Assembly (NCBI GenBank): GCA_013166775.1 | Contig: JABLTJ010000001.1 | Span: 32,001-96,000, forward strand | DNA: 64,000 nt | Direction: 5' to 3' | Source: Promethearchaeati archaeon | Lineage (GTDB): Archaea; Asgardarchaeota; Heimdallarchaeia; Heimdallarchaeales; Heimdallarchaeaceae | Part shown: piece after piece, positions 9,160-18,838 of the stretch | Layout: every line of letters begins with the position of its first letter | Position numbering within the stretch: position 1 is the first letter of the stretch | The notes under the pieces: generated by a model | The model's input: the letters and a program-made list of their open reading frames with translations, nothing else | Told to the model about the DNA's origin: nothing | Database searches by the model: none | Translations under genes and position numbers: made by a program

Positions 9160-10500
9160 TTACCCAAAAAGTCCTGGTGGAAGCCCTGGAATTTGCATGC
9201 CACCTCGTCTGCCTTTCCTCATACGTTTTACAAGCGATGTAACAGTTTTATGTTGGTTTACAAGCTCTCTAACTTCTGCTATTGTTCGACCACTGCCTTG
9301 AGCAATTCTTTGAATTCTTGAGCTGCTCAATTTTACCTTTCCATCTAGCTCTCCATCTGTCATTGAAGACATAATAACCTTGAATCTTTTCATGTTCTCT
9401 TTCGAGAGATCAAGCATATCTTCATCGAGCGACATTCCAAGCCCAGGAACCATAGATAACATCCGTTTCATGGATCCCATAGAACTAAAATTATCCAAAA
9501 GTTCCATCATCTGCCTATAAGAAATCTTCCCGCTTAGCATACTCATTGCTTCTTCTTTTGAAGGAAGGATTTCCATATCTCGTACTTCTTTTAACAATCC
9601 TTCTAAATCTCCAACTCCAATGAGTCTACCAACAAAAGATGTTGGATTAAATTCTTCTAGAGCGTCTACATCCTCTCCATCAGCTAAGAATTTAATAGGT
9701 ACTTTTGCTGCTGCTGCCGCAGAAAGACTTCCTCCTCCTTTAGCAGAACCATCCATCTTAGTGACAATAATCGAACCGATTTTTGTTGTTTGAGAAAATG
9801 CTAAGGCTTGATCATGTGCAGCTTGACCTTGATTGCCATCTACAACCAGAATAATCTCATCTGGTTTAATTTTGTCACTTATATCTTTCATCTCTTTTAG
9901 AAGTGACTTTTCCTCCTTGTGACGACCTGCAGTATCGATGATTATTACATTAAATTTCTCATCTAAGAATTTTTTAACACCATCTACAGCAATTTTAACG
10001 GCGTTGTTGTTTTCAGGATCACCATAAACTGGAACATCTATTTTTTCACATAATTGTTGAAGTTGCTCGTAAGCTCCAGGTCTAAAATTATCTGCTGTAA
10101 CAACAGCAACTTTCTTACCTCGTTTCTTTATATATTTCGCGAGTTTTGCTGTGGTTGTTGTTTTTCCAGAACCTTGAATACCAACAAGTTCAATCAGTGT
10201 AGGCCGATCAGGATGAAGTTTTAAGGGATAAGCTTTTTCTCCCAAAAATTTAGTTAATTCCTCATGAATGGTTGAGAGAACACTTTTCTTACGAGAAAGC
10301 CCATCTGGTAATTCTTTCTCGAAAGATTTTCTTTCTACTTCGTTAACAACACTAGCCGCTAAATCAAATTGGACATCAGCTTCAAGCAATGCTCTTAACA
10401 TTTCATTCTTTAGTTCTTGAATTGTTTTTTTATCAGGAGGTCCTCCTCTGATTATCTTTGTAATTGCTTTGTTAAGAGCTGTACCAAGTTTGTTCAACAT
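9160..10500 (-). CDS. srp54: signal recognition particle GTPase SRP54
   Basis: GIQGSGKTTT, DTAGRH, TKMDGSAKGG and Met-rich M domain. Confidence 0.97.
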   Translation of the reverse strand: MLNKLGTALNKAITKIIRGGPPDKKTIQELKNEMLRALLEADVQFDLAASVVNEVERKSFEKELPDGLSRKKSVLSTIHEELTKFLGEKAYPLKLHPDRPTLIELVGIQGSGKTTTTAKLAKYIKKRGKKVAVVTADNFRPGAYEQLQQLCEKIDVPVYGDPENNNAVKIAVDGVKKFLDEKFNVIIIDTAGRHKEEKSLLKEMKDISDKIKPDEIILVVDGNQGQAAHDQALAFSQTTKIGSIIVTKMDGSAKGGGSLSAAAAAKVPIKFLADGEDVDALEEFNPTSFVGRLIGVGDLEGLLKEVRDMEILPSKEEAMSMLSGKISYRQMMELLDNFSSMGSMKRMLSMVPGLGMSLDEDMLDLSKENMKRFKVIMSSMTDGELDGKVKLSSSRIQRIAQGSGRTIAEVRELVNQHKTVTSLVKRMRKGRRGGMQIPGLPPGLFG

Positions 10501-10581
10501 TAATTATCAAAAAAAGGAAGAAAAAGAGATTAAAGAAGATTTTGTTTTAAGGGTGATGGGAAAGAAAAATTATTCCAATTT

Positions 10582-11334
10582 TTACTCATTTAATTTTATT
10601 GGTTCTCTGTTAGTTTTAGCTTTACGATGTACCTTTATGGAATCTTGGTAATATATTTGTCCTTGTACATCTGAATACTTGCGGATATGAACATCTCGTC
10701 CTTTAACATCGTTTTTCACTATTGTACCTCTTAGATTTACTCTGTTTTTGCTAATAATAGATCCTGATATTTTGTATGGCCTATTTGATCCCTGCTTTAT
10801 AGCAAAAATGTTCCACCCTCTCTTTTTCCCAAGAGTAACATTGTTAGCAAATATATTCCCAGAGACAGATACAGATCCCTTTACTTTCACATCGCTTTCG
10901 GTTAAGATGTCTCCACCAGTACTAGCTGATCCAAAAATCATTATGTTTGATCCAGTTTCTATGCTGTTTCCTGATTTAATTGATCCAAAAGCTTTAAGTT
11001 TTCCTTTTAAATCAATTTTTTCTCCAATGCTTGCTGAACCAAAAAATCTTGCATTTTCTGTTCCTTGAAGCGATCCAGCAATACTAAAAGAACCAGAATT
11101 CTTAACTGATCCCTGTGAAATTATTGCGCCATTACCTCTTGTTGAGCCACGACTCTTAAATCCATGACATTCAAGATTTCCCTCTATTTTTGCAGATCCA
11201 GAGGATTTTACAAATTTCTCTATTTTACCTCCTGCTATTCTAACTGATCCCATTACTTTAATTTTAGTTTCCTTTTCTTTTATTCTTCCAGAAGAGCTAA
11301 AAGATGCTTTTTTTTCTTGTTGCATTTCACTCAT
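10582..11334 (-). CDS. bactofilin-like (polymer-forming cytoskeletal) beta-helical protein
   Basis: Repeated xSGSxxIxG beta-helix motifs; C-terminal VKGRDVHI..VQGQIYY. Confidence 0.7.
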   Translation of the reverse strand: MSEMQQEKKASFSSSGRIKEKETKIKVMGSVRIAGGKIEKFVKSSGSAKIEGNLECHGFKSRGSTRGNGAIISQGSVKNSGSFSIAGSLQGTENARFFGSASIGEKIDLKGKLKAFGSIKSGNSIETGSNIMIFGSASTGGDILTESDVKVKGSVSVSGNIFANNVTLGKKRGWNIFAIKQGSNRPYKISGSIISKNRVNLRGTIVKNDVKGRDVHIRKYSDVQGQIYYQDSIKVHRKAKTNREPIKLNE

Positions 11335-11342
11335 TTTTTCAC

Positions 11343-12233
11343 CTACAGTTTTAATTTCTCATAACTTATTTTTACGGGCTCTTTATGCAATTTTGCTTTA
11401 TCATCAATGTCAACTTTTTCAACATAATATACTGTCCCCTTTACTTCAGAAAAAGGTCCTATTTCTACAAAAACACCTTTAACATCCTGTTCAACAATTG
11501 TATTTCTTAGTATTACTTCTTTTGTTCCAAATACACTGCCTTTGACGATAGATGGTCTACTTCTCTTTAATCTATGTGCAACTACATCTTTGTTAATTCC
11601 AACATCCTCACCCACTAGATTACCTTCAATCTGTGTTCTTCCAGCAAGTGATACGGTACTTTGGGAAAGCATGTTTCCTTCAACTTTCGATGAACCTGCG
11701 ATTCTGATACCATTTTCTGCTTGCAAATCTCCTCCACATGAGAAGCTTCCTGAACTACCAAATTTACCTCCAATTAATACTTCACTTCCAACTTTACAGC
11801 TTCCTGCAACATTAACATCGTAATCTGCATGTAGAAATCCCTCACATTTGAATGAACCAGAGGTTTTAACATTGCCATGAGCGGTTATGTTGCCTGCACT
11901 TCTTACAGATCCTGCAGCTTTCAAATTATTACAAATAATATCATCGGAGAACTTGGCTGATCCAGCAACTCTAATATCTCTATCCACATTCCCACCATTA
12001 ATGGTTACTGAACCTGCAAAAGAAGCTACAGTATCAGAAATTGTCTGAGCACCAGCTACTTTCATTCTAGGTGTTGCCTTGCGTTTCTCTGCGAATTCTT
12101 TAGCAATCTCAAGTTTTTCTGTGTATCTTTCTTTTAATTCTTCATAATTCTCTTTATCAATCTCATTTTCTTCTCGTCTTTTTTCAAGAAGTTCTAGCAA
12201 TTCTTTATACATTTTGTATTCATTTTCAGACAT
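11343..12233 (-). CDS. bactofilin-like protein with N-terminal SHOCT-like helical domain
   Basis: Repeated AGS/SGS beta-helix motifs; N-terminal EIDKENYEELK; paralog of the neighbouring gene. Confidence 0.7.
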   Translation of the reverse strand: MSENEYKMYKELLELLEKRREENEIDKENYEELKERYTEKLEIAKEFAEKRKATPRMKVAGAQTISDTVASFAGSVTINGGNVDRDIRVAGSAKFSDDIICNNLKAAGSVRSAGNITAHGNVKTSGSFKCEGFLHADYDVNVAGSCKVGSEVLIGGKFGSSGSFSCGGDLQAENGIRIAGSSKVEGNMLSQSTVSLAGRTQIEGNLVGEDVGINKDVVAHRLKRSRPSIVKGSVFGTKEVILRNTIVEQDVKGVFVEIGPFSEVKGTVYYVEKVDIDDKAKLHKEPVKISYEKLKL

Positions 12234-12388
12234 TTAGCTCATCAAGATATCTCTCTCACTCCCTTTATTTAACCATTTTTTTAAATAATTAGGATAATCT
12301 TTTAATTGTTGAGTTAGATGCTTGTAAGTGATAGGTAAAAGCATTAAACCATTGAGCTTAAGCTTTCAAGAAGAAATTAGAAGAAAAA

Positions 12389-12511
12389 TGGTGCGGGGAG
12401 GGAGATTCGAACTCCCGAACCACTAAGGAACGGATGACTTTTCTAGCCCTTTTTCTTGGTTTTTCAACTAGATCTTAAGTCCGCCGCCGTTGACCGCTTG
12501 GCTATCCCCGC
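12389..12511 (-). tRNA. tRNA-Leu(TAA) with 38-nt intron at 37/38 (12436-12473), CCA encoded
   Basis: GCGGGGA/TCCCCGC acceptor, GGA-CTTAAG|intron|A-TCC anticodon arm, long variable arm, GGGAG TTCGAAT CTCCC T arm. Confidence 0.95.
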
Positions 12512-12597
12512 ACAGTGTTTTATATTTTGTAATTACTATAGAGACTTTTGTTTATTTTTTAAAACTTTTTATTTTGATATAAATTTACAGTATTTAT

Positions 12598-13911
12598 TTA
12601 AGGTTTTAATCTAGTGGGATCTCTTGGTAATAATCTCGCTTCTCGTATATTTGGTAAACTCAGTATCTGTTGGACAAATCTCTCTATTCCAGTTCCACTT
12701 CCTCCGTGAGGAGGTGCTCCGTTTCTGAAGAACTGCAAGTAACTATCAACATGTGCTATTTCAAATCCTTTTTCCAGAGCTTGTTCTGTTAATATATTTA
12801 CTCTGTGTTCTCTTTGACCACCAGTTGTAAGCTCTTGTCCTTTATAGAGTAAATCAAATGATTTTGTTAATCTTGGGTCATTATCATCTTTCATAGTATA
12901 AAATGGTCTAACATCCCAAGGATACAGGTCAACAAAAACAAAATCGGAATTCCACTTATCCTTGACATATTTTCCAATAATTCTTTCAGCTTCAGCATCT
13001 AGATCATCATAAAGATCTAGTTCTTTACCTTCATTTTCTAAAATTTCATTGCTTTCGGGTATTGTTATGATAGGCCATTCTTTTGGTTGAGGATCAATTT
13101 TGGCATTGAGTTCTTCTAAAGATTCCGCTTTTTCTTTTTGTACTCTTTCCAAAGCAAAGGTTATTGCATCCTGTAAAACTTTCATAACATCTCTTTGGTT
13201 GTCTATGAAAGAAATCTCAAAATCAATTGATGTATATTCACAGAGATGTCTTATTGTATGATGTTTTTCAGCTCGAAAAACCGGTCCTATTTCAAATACA
13301 CGCTCAAAACCTCCCATGAGCATCATTTGTTTATAAAATTGTGGAGATTGTGCAAGATATGCTTTTTTATCAAAATAACTTATCTCAAAGACATTAGCTC
13401 CACTTTCTGTAGCCGAACCAACAATCTTTGCTGAGAAAAATTGAAGAAAATCATTTAACCTAAAGTATTCCTCAATTGCGTAAGCTACACAACTTTCTAT
13501 TTCAAATATTTGTGCAACTTTACGATTTCGTAAATCAAGAAATCTATAATCATATCTTTTATCTGGATTCGTTTCTATCTTATCTGTGATATCGATGGGA
13601 TATTCTTGAACTCTTTTATTTATTATCTCTAACTTAGCAGGAAGAATTTCTTTTCCTTCTGGAGCGCTATTATTATCCACTATCTCACCACTCACTGATA
13701 TTATGTCACCTTCTTGTAAGTCAAGCGAAAAGATTTCCTGAGAAACCTTTTTTTTAGGTAAAACAATCTGGATAATTCCTGTCCGATCTTGTAATTTAAC
13801 AAATCTTAATCCTCCAAGATCTCTTACTTGTTGAATCCAGCCTGCTACTGTTATTTCTTTCAAATCGCTGGTAAATGCCTTACTAATAGTTTTTCTCTGC
13901 TTTAGATTCAT
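12598..13911 (-). CDS. aspS: aspartyl-tRNA synthetase, archaeal type, probably non-discriminating
   Basis: YLAQSPQFYKQ, GPVFRAE, GGQREH, PPHGG; Pro in the anticodon loop segment (NSAPEG) as in ND enzymes. Confidence 0.93.
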   Translation of the reverse strand: MNLKQRKTISKAFTSDLKEITVAGWIQQVRDLGGLRFVKLQDRTGIIQIVLPKKKVSQEIFSLDLQEGDIISVSGEIVDNNSAPEGKEILPAKLEIINKRVQEYPIDITDKIETNPDKRYDYRFLDLRNRKVAQIFEIESCVAYAIEEYFRLNDFLQFFSAKIVGSATESGANVFEISYFDKKAYLAQSPQFYKQMMLMGGFERVFEIGPVFRAEKHHTIRHLCEYTSIDFEISFIDNQRDVMKVLQDAITFALERVQKEKAESLEELNAKIDPQPKEWPIITIPESNEILENEGKELDLYDDLDAEAERIIGKYVKDKWNSDFVFVDLYPWDVRPFYTMKDDNDPRLTKSFDLLYKGQELTTGGQREHRVNILTEQALEKGFEIAHVDSYLQFFRNGAPPHGGSGTGIERFVQQILSLPNIREARLLPRDPTRLKP

Positions 13912-14071
13912 TATTGAATCCCCAATATCTCTGTCTGCACCTTTGAAACTTAATTAAAAAAGATTCTCTTCTAGTTGAACTGTGATTGAATGTATTAAAA
14001 GCGTATTATTTTTGCATTCAAAGAGAAAATATTATTTACTGATTAGATATAATAGGTTCTAGCGATCACTT

Positions 14072-14761
14072 ATGAAGAAGATTGTAATAAAATTTGGTGG
14101 GTCTGTTCTTTATAAAGAAAACATGATTATGAATATAGATTTAATTCAACGCATAGTAAATGTAATTAATGAACTATATGAAGAAGGACACAAAATTGCT
14201 ATAGTTGTGGGAGGAGGAAAATTAGCTCGAGTTATAATTAAAGCGAGTGATGTTCTTGGGCATGTTACAACATTCAAAGATATTTTAGCTGTAGAATCTA
14301 CAAGAATTCATGCTTTATTGATCATTGCATCCTTAAAAGATAAAGCATATTTACTTGTCCCTAGATCTTTTGAAGAAATAGGAAACGCACTATCTTCAGG
14401 AAAGATTGTTGTTTCAGGAGGATTACAACCTGGACAGTCTACAAGTGCAGTGTCTGCATTACTCGCAGAATATTGGGGGGCAGACATACTAATTAATCTC
14501 ACAAATGTTGACAAAGTTTACGATAAAGATCCGAACAAGTTTGAAGATGCAAAACCAATAGACAAAATGACCTCTGAAGACCTAACTAAAATAATCAGTA
14601 AGCAAGTAGAAGAACCTGGGAAATACGATCTCTTTGATATGGTAGGTTGTGAAATAATAAACCGTTCGAAGATAAAATTAGTATTTACATCGGGTGCTTC
14701 CCCTGAAAATATCTTAAAAGCAGTTAAAGGAGAACCTATTGGAACTATAGTAGAAGGCTAA
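14072..14761 (+). CDS. pyrH: uridylate kinase
   Basis: KFGGS, VVGGG, PGQST, TNVDKVYDKDP motifs. Confidence 0.95.
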   Translation: MKKIVIKFGGSVLYKENMIMNIDLIQRIVNVINELYEEGHKIAIVVGGGKLARVIIKASDVLGHVTTFKDILAVESTRIHALLIIASLKDKAYLLVPRSFEEIGNALSSGKIVVSGGLQPGQSTSAVSALLAEYWGADILINLTNVDKVYDKDPNKFEDAKPIDKMTSEDLTKIISKQVEEPGKYDLFDMVGCEIINRSKIKLVFTSGASPENILKAVKGEPIGTIVEG

Positions 14762-14813
14762 TTTGGAAATTATTGATCATAAGGAGAATCAGTTCTTTTT
14801 TCCAAATTGATAA

Positions 14814-16088
14814 CTAGTAATTTTCGTAAAGCTTGTATCTCAGTATTGCTGCTATTCCACCAAACACATTGTATAACATTGCACCATCTTCATGTGCACT
14901 CGATATAACCTCTACAACTGCACTAGTATCTTTTGCAAGTTCATTCAATTCAGTTATGAGATCTTTTTCTGATGCTATATTTAGCTTGGATTCATTGCAT
15001 TTTGGGCACTTTCTTTCTGATAGTTCTTTCATAAAATCAATATAGTTTTTTGTTTTAAACGATTCAGTCTTTGTGTATTCACACCCATCGCATTTTAAAT
15101 CAATATTTACACGATCAACTTCTTCACTAACCAAAACTGTTTCTACAGCACCCTTTACAAGAGCATCCATAACCTGTTTTTCTCCGTAAGTAGCGAGCCC
15201 AGTGTCTTTTCCAAGGTGTTCCATGAATTTCTTTGTTAAATTTCTTTCTTTTATTAGCTCAAAATCTGATAATTTATCTTGAGCTTTATCAAGTAATTCC
15301 CTAATTCCAACTGTTCCTCGGTATCCTATATCATAGATTCCTATTACCTTTTCGCGTATCCTATAATCTATTTCTTTATTTTCTAAGAATTCAGCTTTTG
15401 ATAAAGCGGGACCACCTATGATGATTGCTTCAACTGGATGGTCTTCTAAATAAGTTTTATTCATTATCTCTGCTACTTTACTGTACCATCTCTGTGCTGC
15501 TTCTTCTGTCAAACGTTGAAAACGTGCTTGGGATTGTCCTCCCATTTTGTGTTTACCTGGCACATAAGATTCTTCCTCTCTAATAACATCTAAACGAGAA
15601 CCTTGCACTACTGCTAGAGTGGCACCACCTCGTTCAATTAAAGCTAGACCATACTTTAATTTGCTTTCCATCATTTCTTTCAAATGATCCACATGGAAAA
15701 CATAATCACATAAATAGAGCTTAATTCCTATTTTTTCAGGAGGATTAACTAAAAAGAATTCTACTTTATTGCCTTGAGTGATTCCACAAAAAATGGCTAT
15801 TCCATTTTCTCCAGAATCTGCAATGGATTTCATTCTTGACATAATTGAGGAAATAGCTGCTTGTACAGCTTTTCCTGTGCTTTTGTCTTTGATATTTGTA
15901 GCTGTTCCATATTCGTCTCTCAATTGTGCATTTGTGTCTGACAATCTGGTTCTTGGGGGAATGTATAGCGTGACCAAACTTGTTGACATGTTAAAGCTAC
16001 GTTTTGCTTCTAGTTTTTCAATATCATGTTTGAGCAAATAACGTTCTATTGAAGATCTTTTTTCTTCGTTTTTCTGATTGTGAGACAT
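14814..16088 (-). CDS. prf1: peptide chain release factor aRF1
   Basis: NIKD, YLCD and GGQSQARF motifs; Zn-finger insertion; FGGIAAILRY. Confidence 0.97.
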   Translation of the reverse strand: MSHNQKNEEKRSSIERYLLKHDIEKLEAKRSFNMSTSLVTLYIPPRTRLSDTNAQLRDEYGTATNIKDKSTGKAVQAAISSIMSRMKSIADSGENGIAIFCGITQGNKVEFFLVNPPEKIGIKLYLCDYVFHVDHLKEMMESKLKYGLALIERGGATLAVVQGSRLDVIREEESYVPGKHKMGGQSQARFQRLTEEAAQRWYSKVAEIMNKTYLEDHPVEAIIIGGPALSKAEFLENKEIDYRIREKVIGIYDIGYRGTVGIRELLDKAQDKLSDFELIKERNLTKKFMEHLGKDTGLATYGEKQVMDALVKGAVETVLVSEEVDRVNIDLKCDGCEYTKTESFKTKNYIDFMKELSERKCPKCNESKLNIASEKDLITELNELAKDTSAVVEVISSAHEDGAMLYNVFGGIAAILRYKLYENY

Positions 16089-16245
16089 TTTATCCCCTCT
16101 TTGGAACTTTTATTGAGCGGAAGAAGGAAGAATATCACTATTTCCTAAATTCAACGCTTTAGATAAACAAATTTAATTCGCTAATATTAGTTTTGGTTAC
16201 ATACCAATTTGCATAAAATTTTAGAGAGAGAAAGTAATAATCTAC

Positions 16246-16509
16246 TTGAGCAACATGTTGGAAAAGGAGAAAGTTATAATTGATGTGTTAGATATTTTTG
16301 TGTCTGCAAGGAGAGGTCTTGCGTTTTCAGATATTATGTTTCAGTTAAATGACATCTATCAATCTCGGGGGGCAATGATGGAAAAATCATTGTTGGAAGA
16401 TATAATGAATGATTTAACTATGCAGGGGCATCTGAATAAATTCAAAGTAGGTACAGTTGATACTTGGAAGATTACTGAGGAAGGAGAAGACTACTTCTAT
16501 TCAATGTAA
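16246..16509 (+). CDS. small winged-helix-like protein
   Basis: 87 aa ending in WKITEEGEDY, a wHTH wing-like motif. Confidence 0.5.
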   Translation: MSNMLEKEKVIIDVLDIFVSARRGLAFSDIMFQLNDIYQSRGAMMEKSLLEDIMNDLTMQGHLNKFKVGTVDTWKITEEGEDYFYSM

Positions 16510-16536
16510 CGTAAAATTTTACATGAGAAGATCATA

Positions 16537-17295
16537 ATGGATATACGAGAAAGTACTGGTCTTCCAATAGAAAGCGATGAAGAGAAAATCAGCTACAATT
16601 CTAACGAAATCAATGTTAAGAAAACTATTTCCTACAAGAAGGGGGATTTACAAAATTTTGTGAAAAACCAGACTTGGGAGACAAATGAAGAAAAACAAGA
16701 GGTTTATAGGCTCTACCAGGAAGTCAAAAAAGTAGAAGATAAAGAGTTTTGGATAGACATTCAATTTGATATAATAATGATGTGGTCTGGATCTTTGGGA
16801 GAAGAATATAGTAAGACAATAGGTTACCAAAGGTCAACAGCTGAAAATGGTTTTAGATTCCCAGAAATTTATCAGATGGCAGAAGGATATGCAGAATTCT
16901 TCTTACAACAATCTAGAGAGAAGCATGAACAAATCAAAGAAGCGATAATAATCAGAGCGCAAAAGTTCGATTTAATTGTAATTCCACCCTCCTATAATGT
17001 TACTATCATTAATCCAAGTGAAAAGAAGAACATTATATCTAGATTGAGAGCTTCAGATGTAGAAGAGATGTCTGAACACTATGCAAGAACAAAAGGAGAA
17101 TGCTATTATAGATTGGAAGGAGGAAAATGGGAATTTAACGAAAATTATGAAGAAATTCCTGTGCTAAGATTAGAAAAACCTCAGAACCATTGGAAATCAT
17201 TGAAAAGAGGAATTCCAATTTATGCTTCTTACATATATAATCCAAAGAGACTCTATTGTTTAGTAGAACCAGATCCTATAGATTTTATTTTGTAA
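16537..17295 (+). CDS. cupin-type glucose-6-phosphate isomerase family protein (His ligands absent)
   Basis: FDI..G.LGEEYSKTIG, FPEIY, IPPSY, NENY; overall PGI-cupin layout. Confidence 0.7.
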   Translation: MDIRESTGLPIESDEEKISYNSNEINVKKTISYKKGDLQNFVKNQTWETNEEKQEVYRLYQEVKKVEDKEFWIDIQFDIIMMWSGSLGEEYSKTIGYQRSTAENGFRFPEIYQMAEGYAEFFLQQSREKHEQIKEAIIIRAQKFDLIVIPPSYNVTIINPSEKKNIISRLRASDVEEMSEHYARTKGECYYRLEGGKWEFNENYEEIPVLRLEKPQNHWKSLKRGIPIYASYIYNPKRLYCLVEPDPIDFIL

Positions 17296-17316
17296 TTAAA
17301 GTCTATTATTATTCTG

Positions 17317-17790
17317 CTAGCCATAAATTTCGTCATCACTCCAACCAGTAGAACGTTTAAGTAACCATTGTATATGTCCAATGTGTCTGTGTTCGTGATT
17401 GATTAATCTTACCAGATAGATTCTTCTTTGCATTTTACCCTTCCACATGTCAATTTCCTCCTCTTCTTGCTCAAGTGTAAGTGAAGATAATTTCTCGCAA
17501 AGAATTGGGGAAATAATATCAAATTCAGCTATAATCTCATCCAAAGTTGCCCTGTCATTAACCTCCTCACCTAAATCAAATGCGAGTTTAGAAGGTTCCA
17601 TAGAATAATCGGGAAGTTTCTCAAGCATCCAATGGATGTTCATAAGAAGATGACGAAAGATTAATTCTGGACTCCAAACATTTTCTATGATTGAATCGTA
17701 GAAATGTTTTTCATCAATTTTTTTGAAGAAACTGAAGTGTTTCTTTCTATCCTCTTCAACTATATTGTAGAGTTGCAGTAATGAAATCAT
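17317..17790 (-). CDS. DinB-family protein
   Basis: WSP..IFRHL and HEHRHIGHI motifs. Confidence 0.8.
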   Translation of the reverse strand: MISLLQLYNIVEEDRKKHFSFFKKIDEKHFYDSIIENVWSPELIFRHLLMNIHWMLEKLPDYSMEPSKLAFDLGEEVNDRATLDEIIAEFDIISPILCEKLSSLTLEQEEEEIDMWKGKMQRRIYLVRLINHEHRHIGHIQWLLKRSTGWSDDEIYG

Positions 17791-17904
17791 ATTGTCTCAG
17801 AGGAGTTCAAAGTTCAGACACTTATAATTATTCTACAATCTAACTGAAAAGAGAAGTGTAAGAAAAAACTTTTAAAAGTAATAAGAAAGGAAAAATGCAA
17901 GTAA

Positions 17905-18013
17905 GGGCCAATAGCTCAGCTTGGTTAGATGTTTAAAGGTTGCGTACCTTAAATTAACAAGCGCACGGCTGATAACCGTGAGGTCGGCGGTTCGAATCCG
18001 CTTTGGCCCACCA
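17905..18013 (+). tRNA. tRNA-Ile(GAT) with 31-nt non-canonical D-arm intron (17930-17960)
   Basis: Removing TGTTTAAAGG...TTAACAA gives a perfect cloverleaf with CACGG CTGATAA CCGTG; CCA encoded. Confidence 0.93.
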
Positions 18014-18087
18014 AATTTCATTTTATTTTAAATCAAAAGAGAGACAAATTTCTTACAGAACCTTCCATAAAACATGAAGGTGCTTGT

Positions 18088-18461
18088 TTGAGTTCATATG
18101 ATATTATTGACGTTAAAGAAACACTGCAGATTTATTTTGAAGGAAACAAAGAATTAGATACAGTAAAAATACTATCGTCTTGGATGAAGATCTCAAAATC
18201 ATCTCAACAGAGAGAACTAAAGGACCTGCTGTTTGGGTAGAGATGGAAGGTTATTACAGAAATGAAATAAACAATGACATGAGTAAATGGGGAATCGAGT
18301 TTGATATTGTTACTAAGGATGTTTTTAGAAACTGTGCATCAGTTAGAGTCGATGTAAGATATAGAGTTGATTCTAGAAATTTTAAGGAGACACAGTTTCT
18401 ACATCTGCTCAAGAAAGAAAATACATGGTTAATCTATAGTAAAATATTTACGTTTTATTAA
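18088..18461 (+). pseudogene. NTF2/SnoaL-like (lumazine-binding-like) protein with frameshift near 18180
   Basis: N-terminal half (TTG 18088, VKETLQIYFEGNKELD) and C-terminal half (ASVRV..FLHLLKKENTWLIYSKIF) are one base out of frame. Confidence 0.6.
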
Positions 18462-18502
18462 TATGAATAAACAAGTAAGGTTTAGAGATTCAGCATCTAA
18501 TC

Positions 18503-18709
18503 TTACTTTCCTGCTTTTACTTTCGAGTAAGTTTGAAGCTTCTTCTTATCCAGCATTTTAAGAAGTCTATATGCTGCTTCAATCTCTTTAGCACTTGCTC
18601 TTGGTTTTTCAGTCATCAAACCTTCCAATCTTCGGATAACTTGTTTTTCACTTCTTATTCCTGTTAAACTTGGAATAGATTCAATCAAATCCTCTATGTC
18701 TTTGGACAT
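18503..18709 (-). CDS. small hypothetical protein
   Basis: 68-aa ORF with upstream SD-like GTGAG. Confidence 0.55.
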   Translation of the reverse strand: MSKDIEDLIESIPSLTGIRSEKQVIRRLEGLMTEKPRASAKEIEAAYRLLKMLDKKKLQTYSKVKAGK

Positions 18710-18838
18710 AATAACTCACTTTTCTTTAGGATTCATAAGATTCATCTCCTTTTGTTTGAATGTATTACCTAGGTAATTATGTATTAGAATTGTGTGAGAC
18801 AAGTAATATTTTATATCATTCACACTCTTTTTTTACAT

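Noticed and set aside
16116-16158. Imperfect hairpin (AGCG/CGCT, AGGAA/TTCCT) in the aRF1 5' region
   Set aside because: Short stems with large internal loops; could arise by chance
18014-18710. Integrated element at tRNA-Ile
   Set aside because: No integrase and no duplicated tRNA 3' end (att site) found
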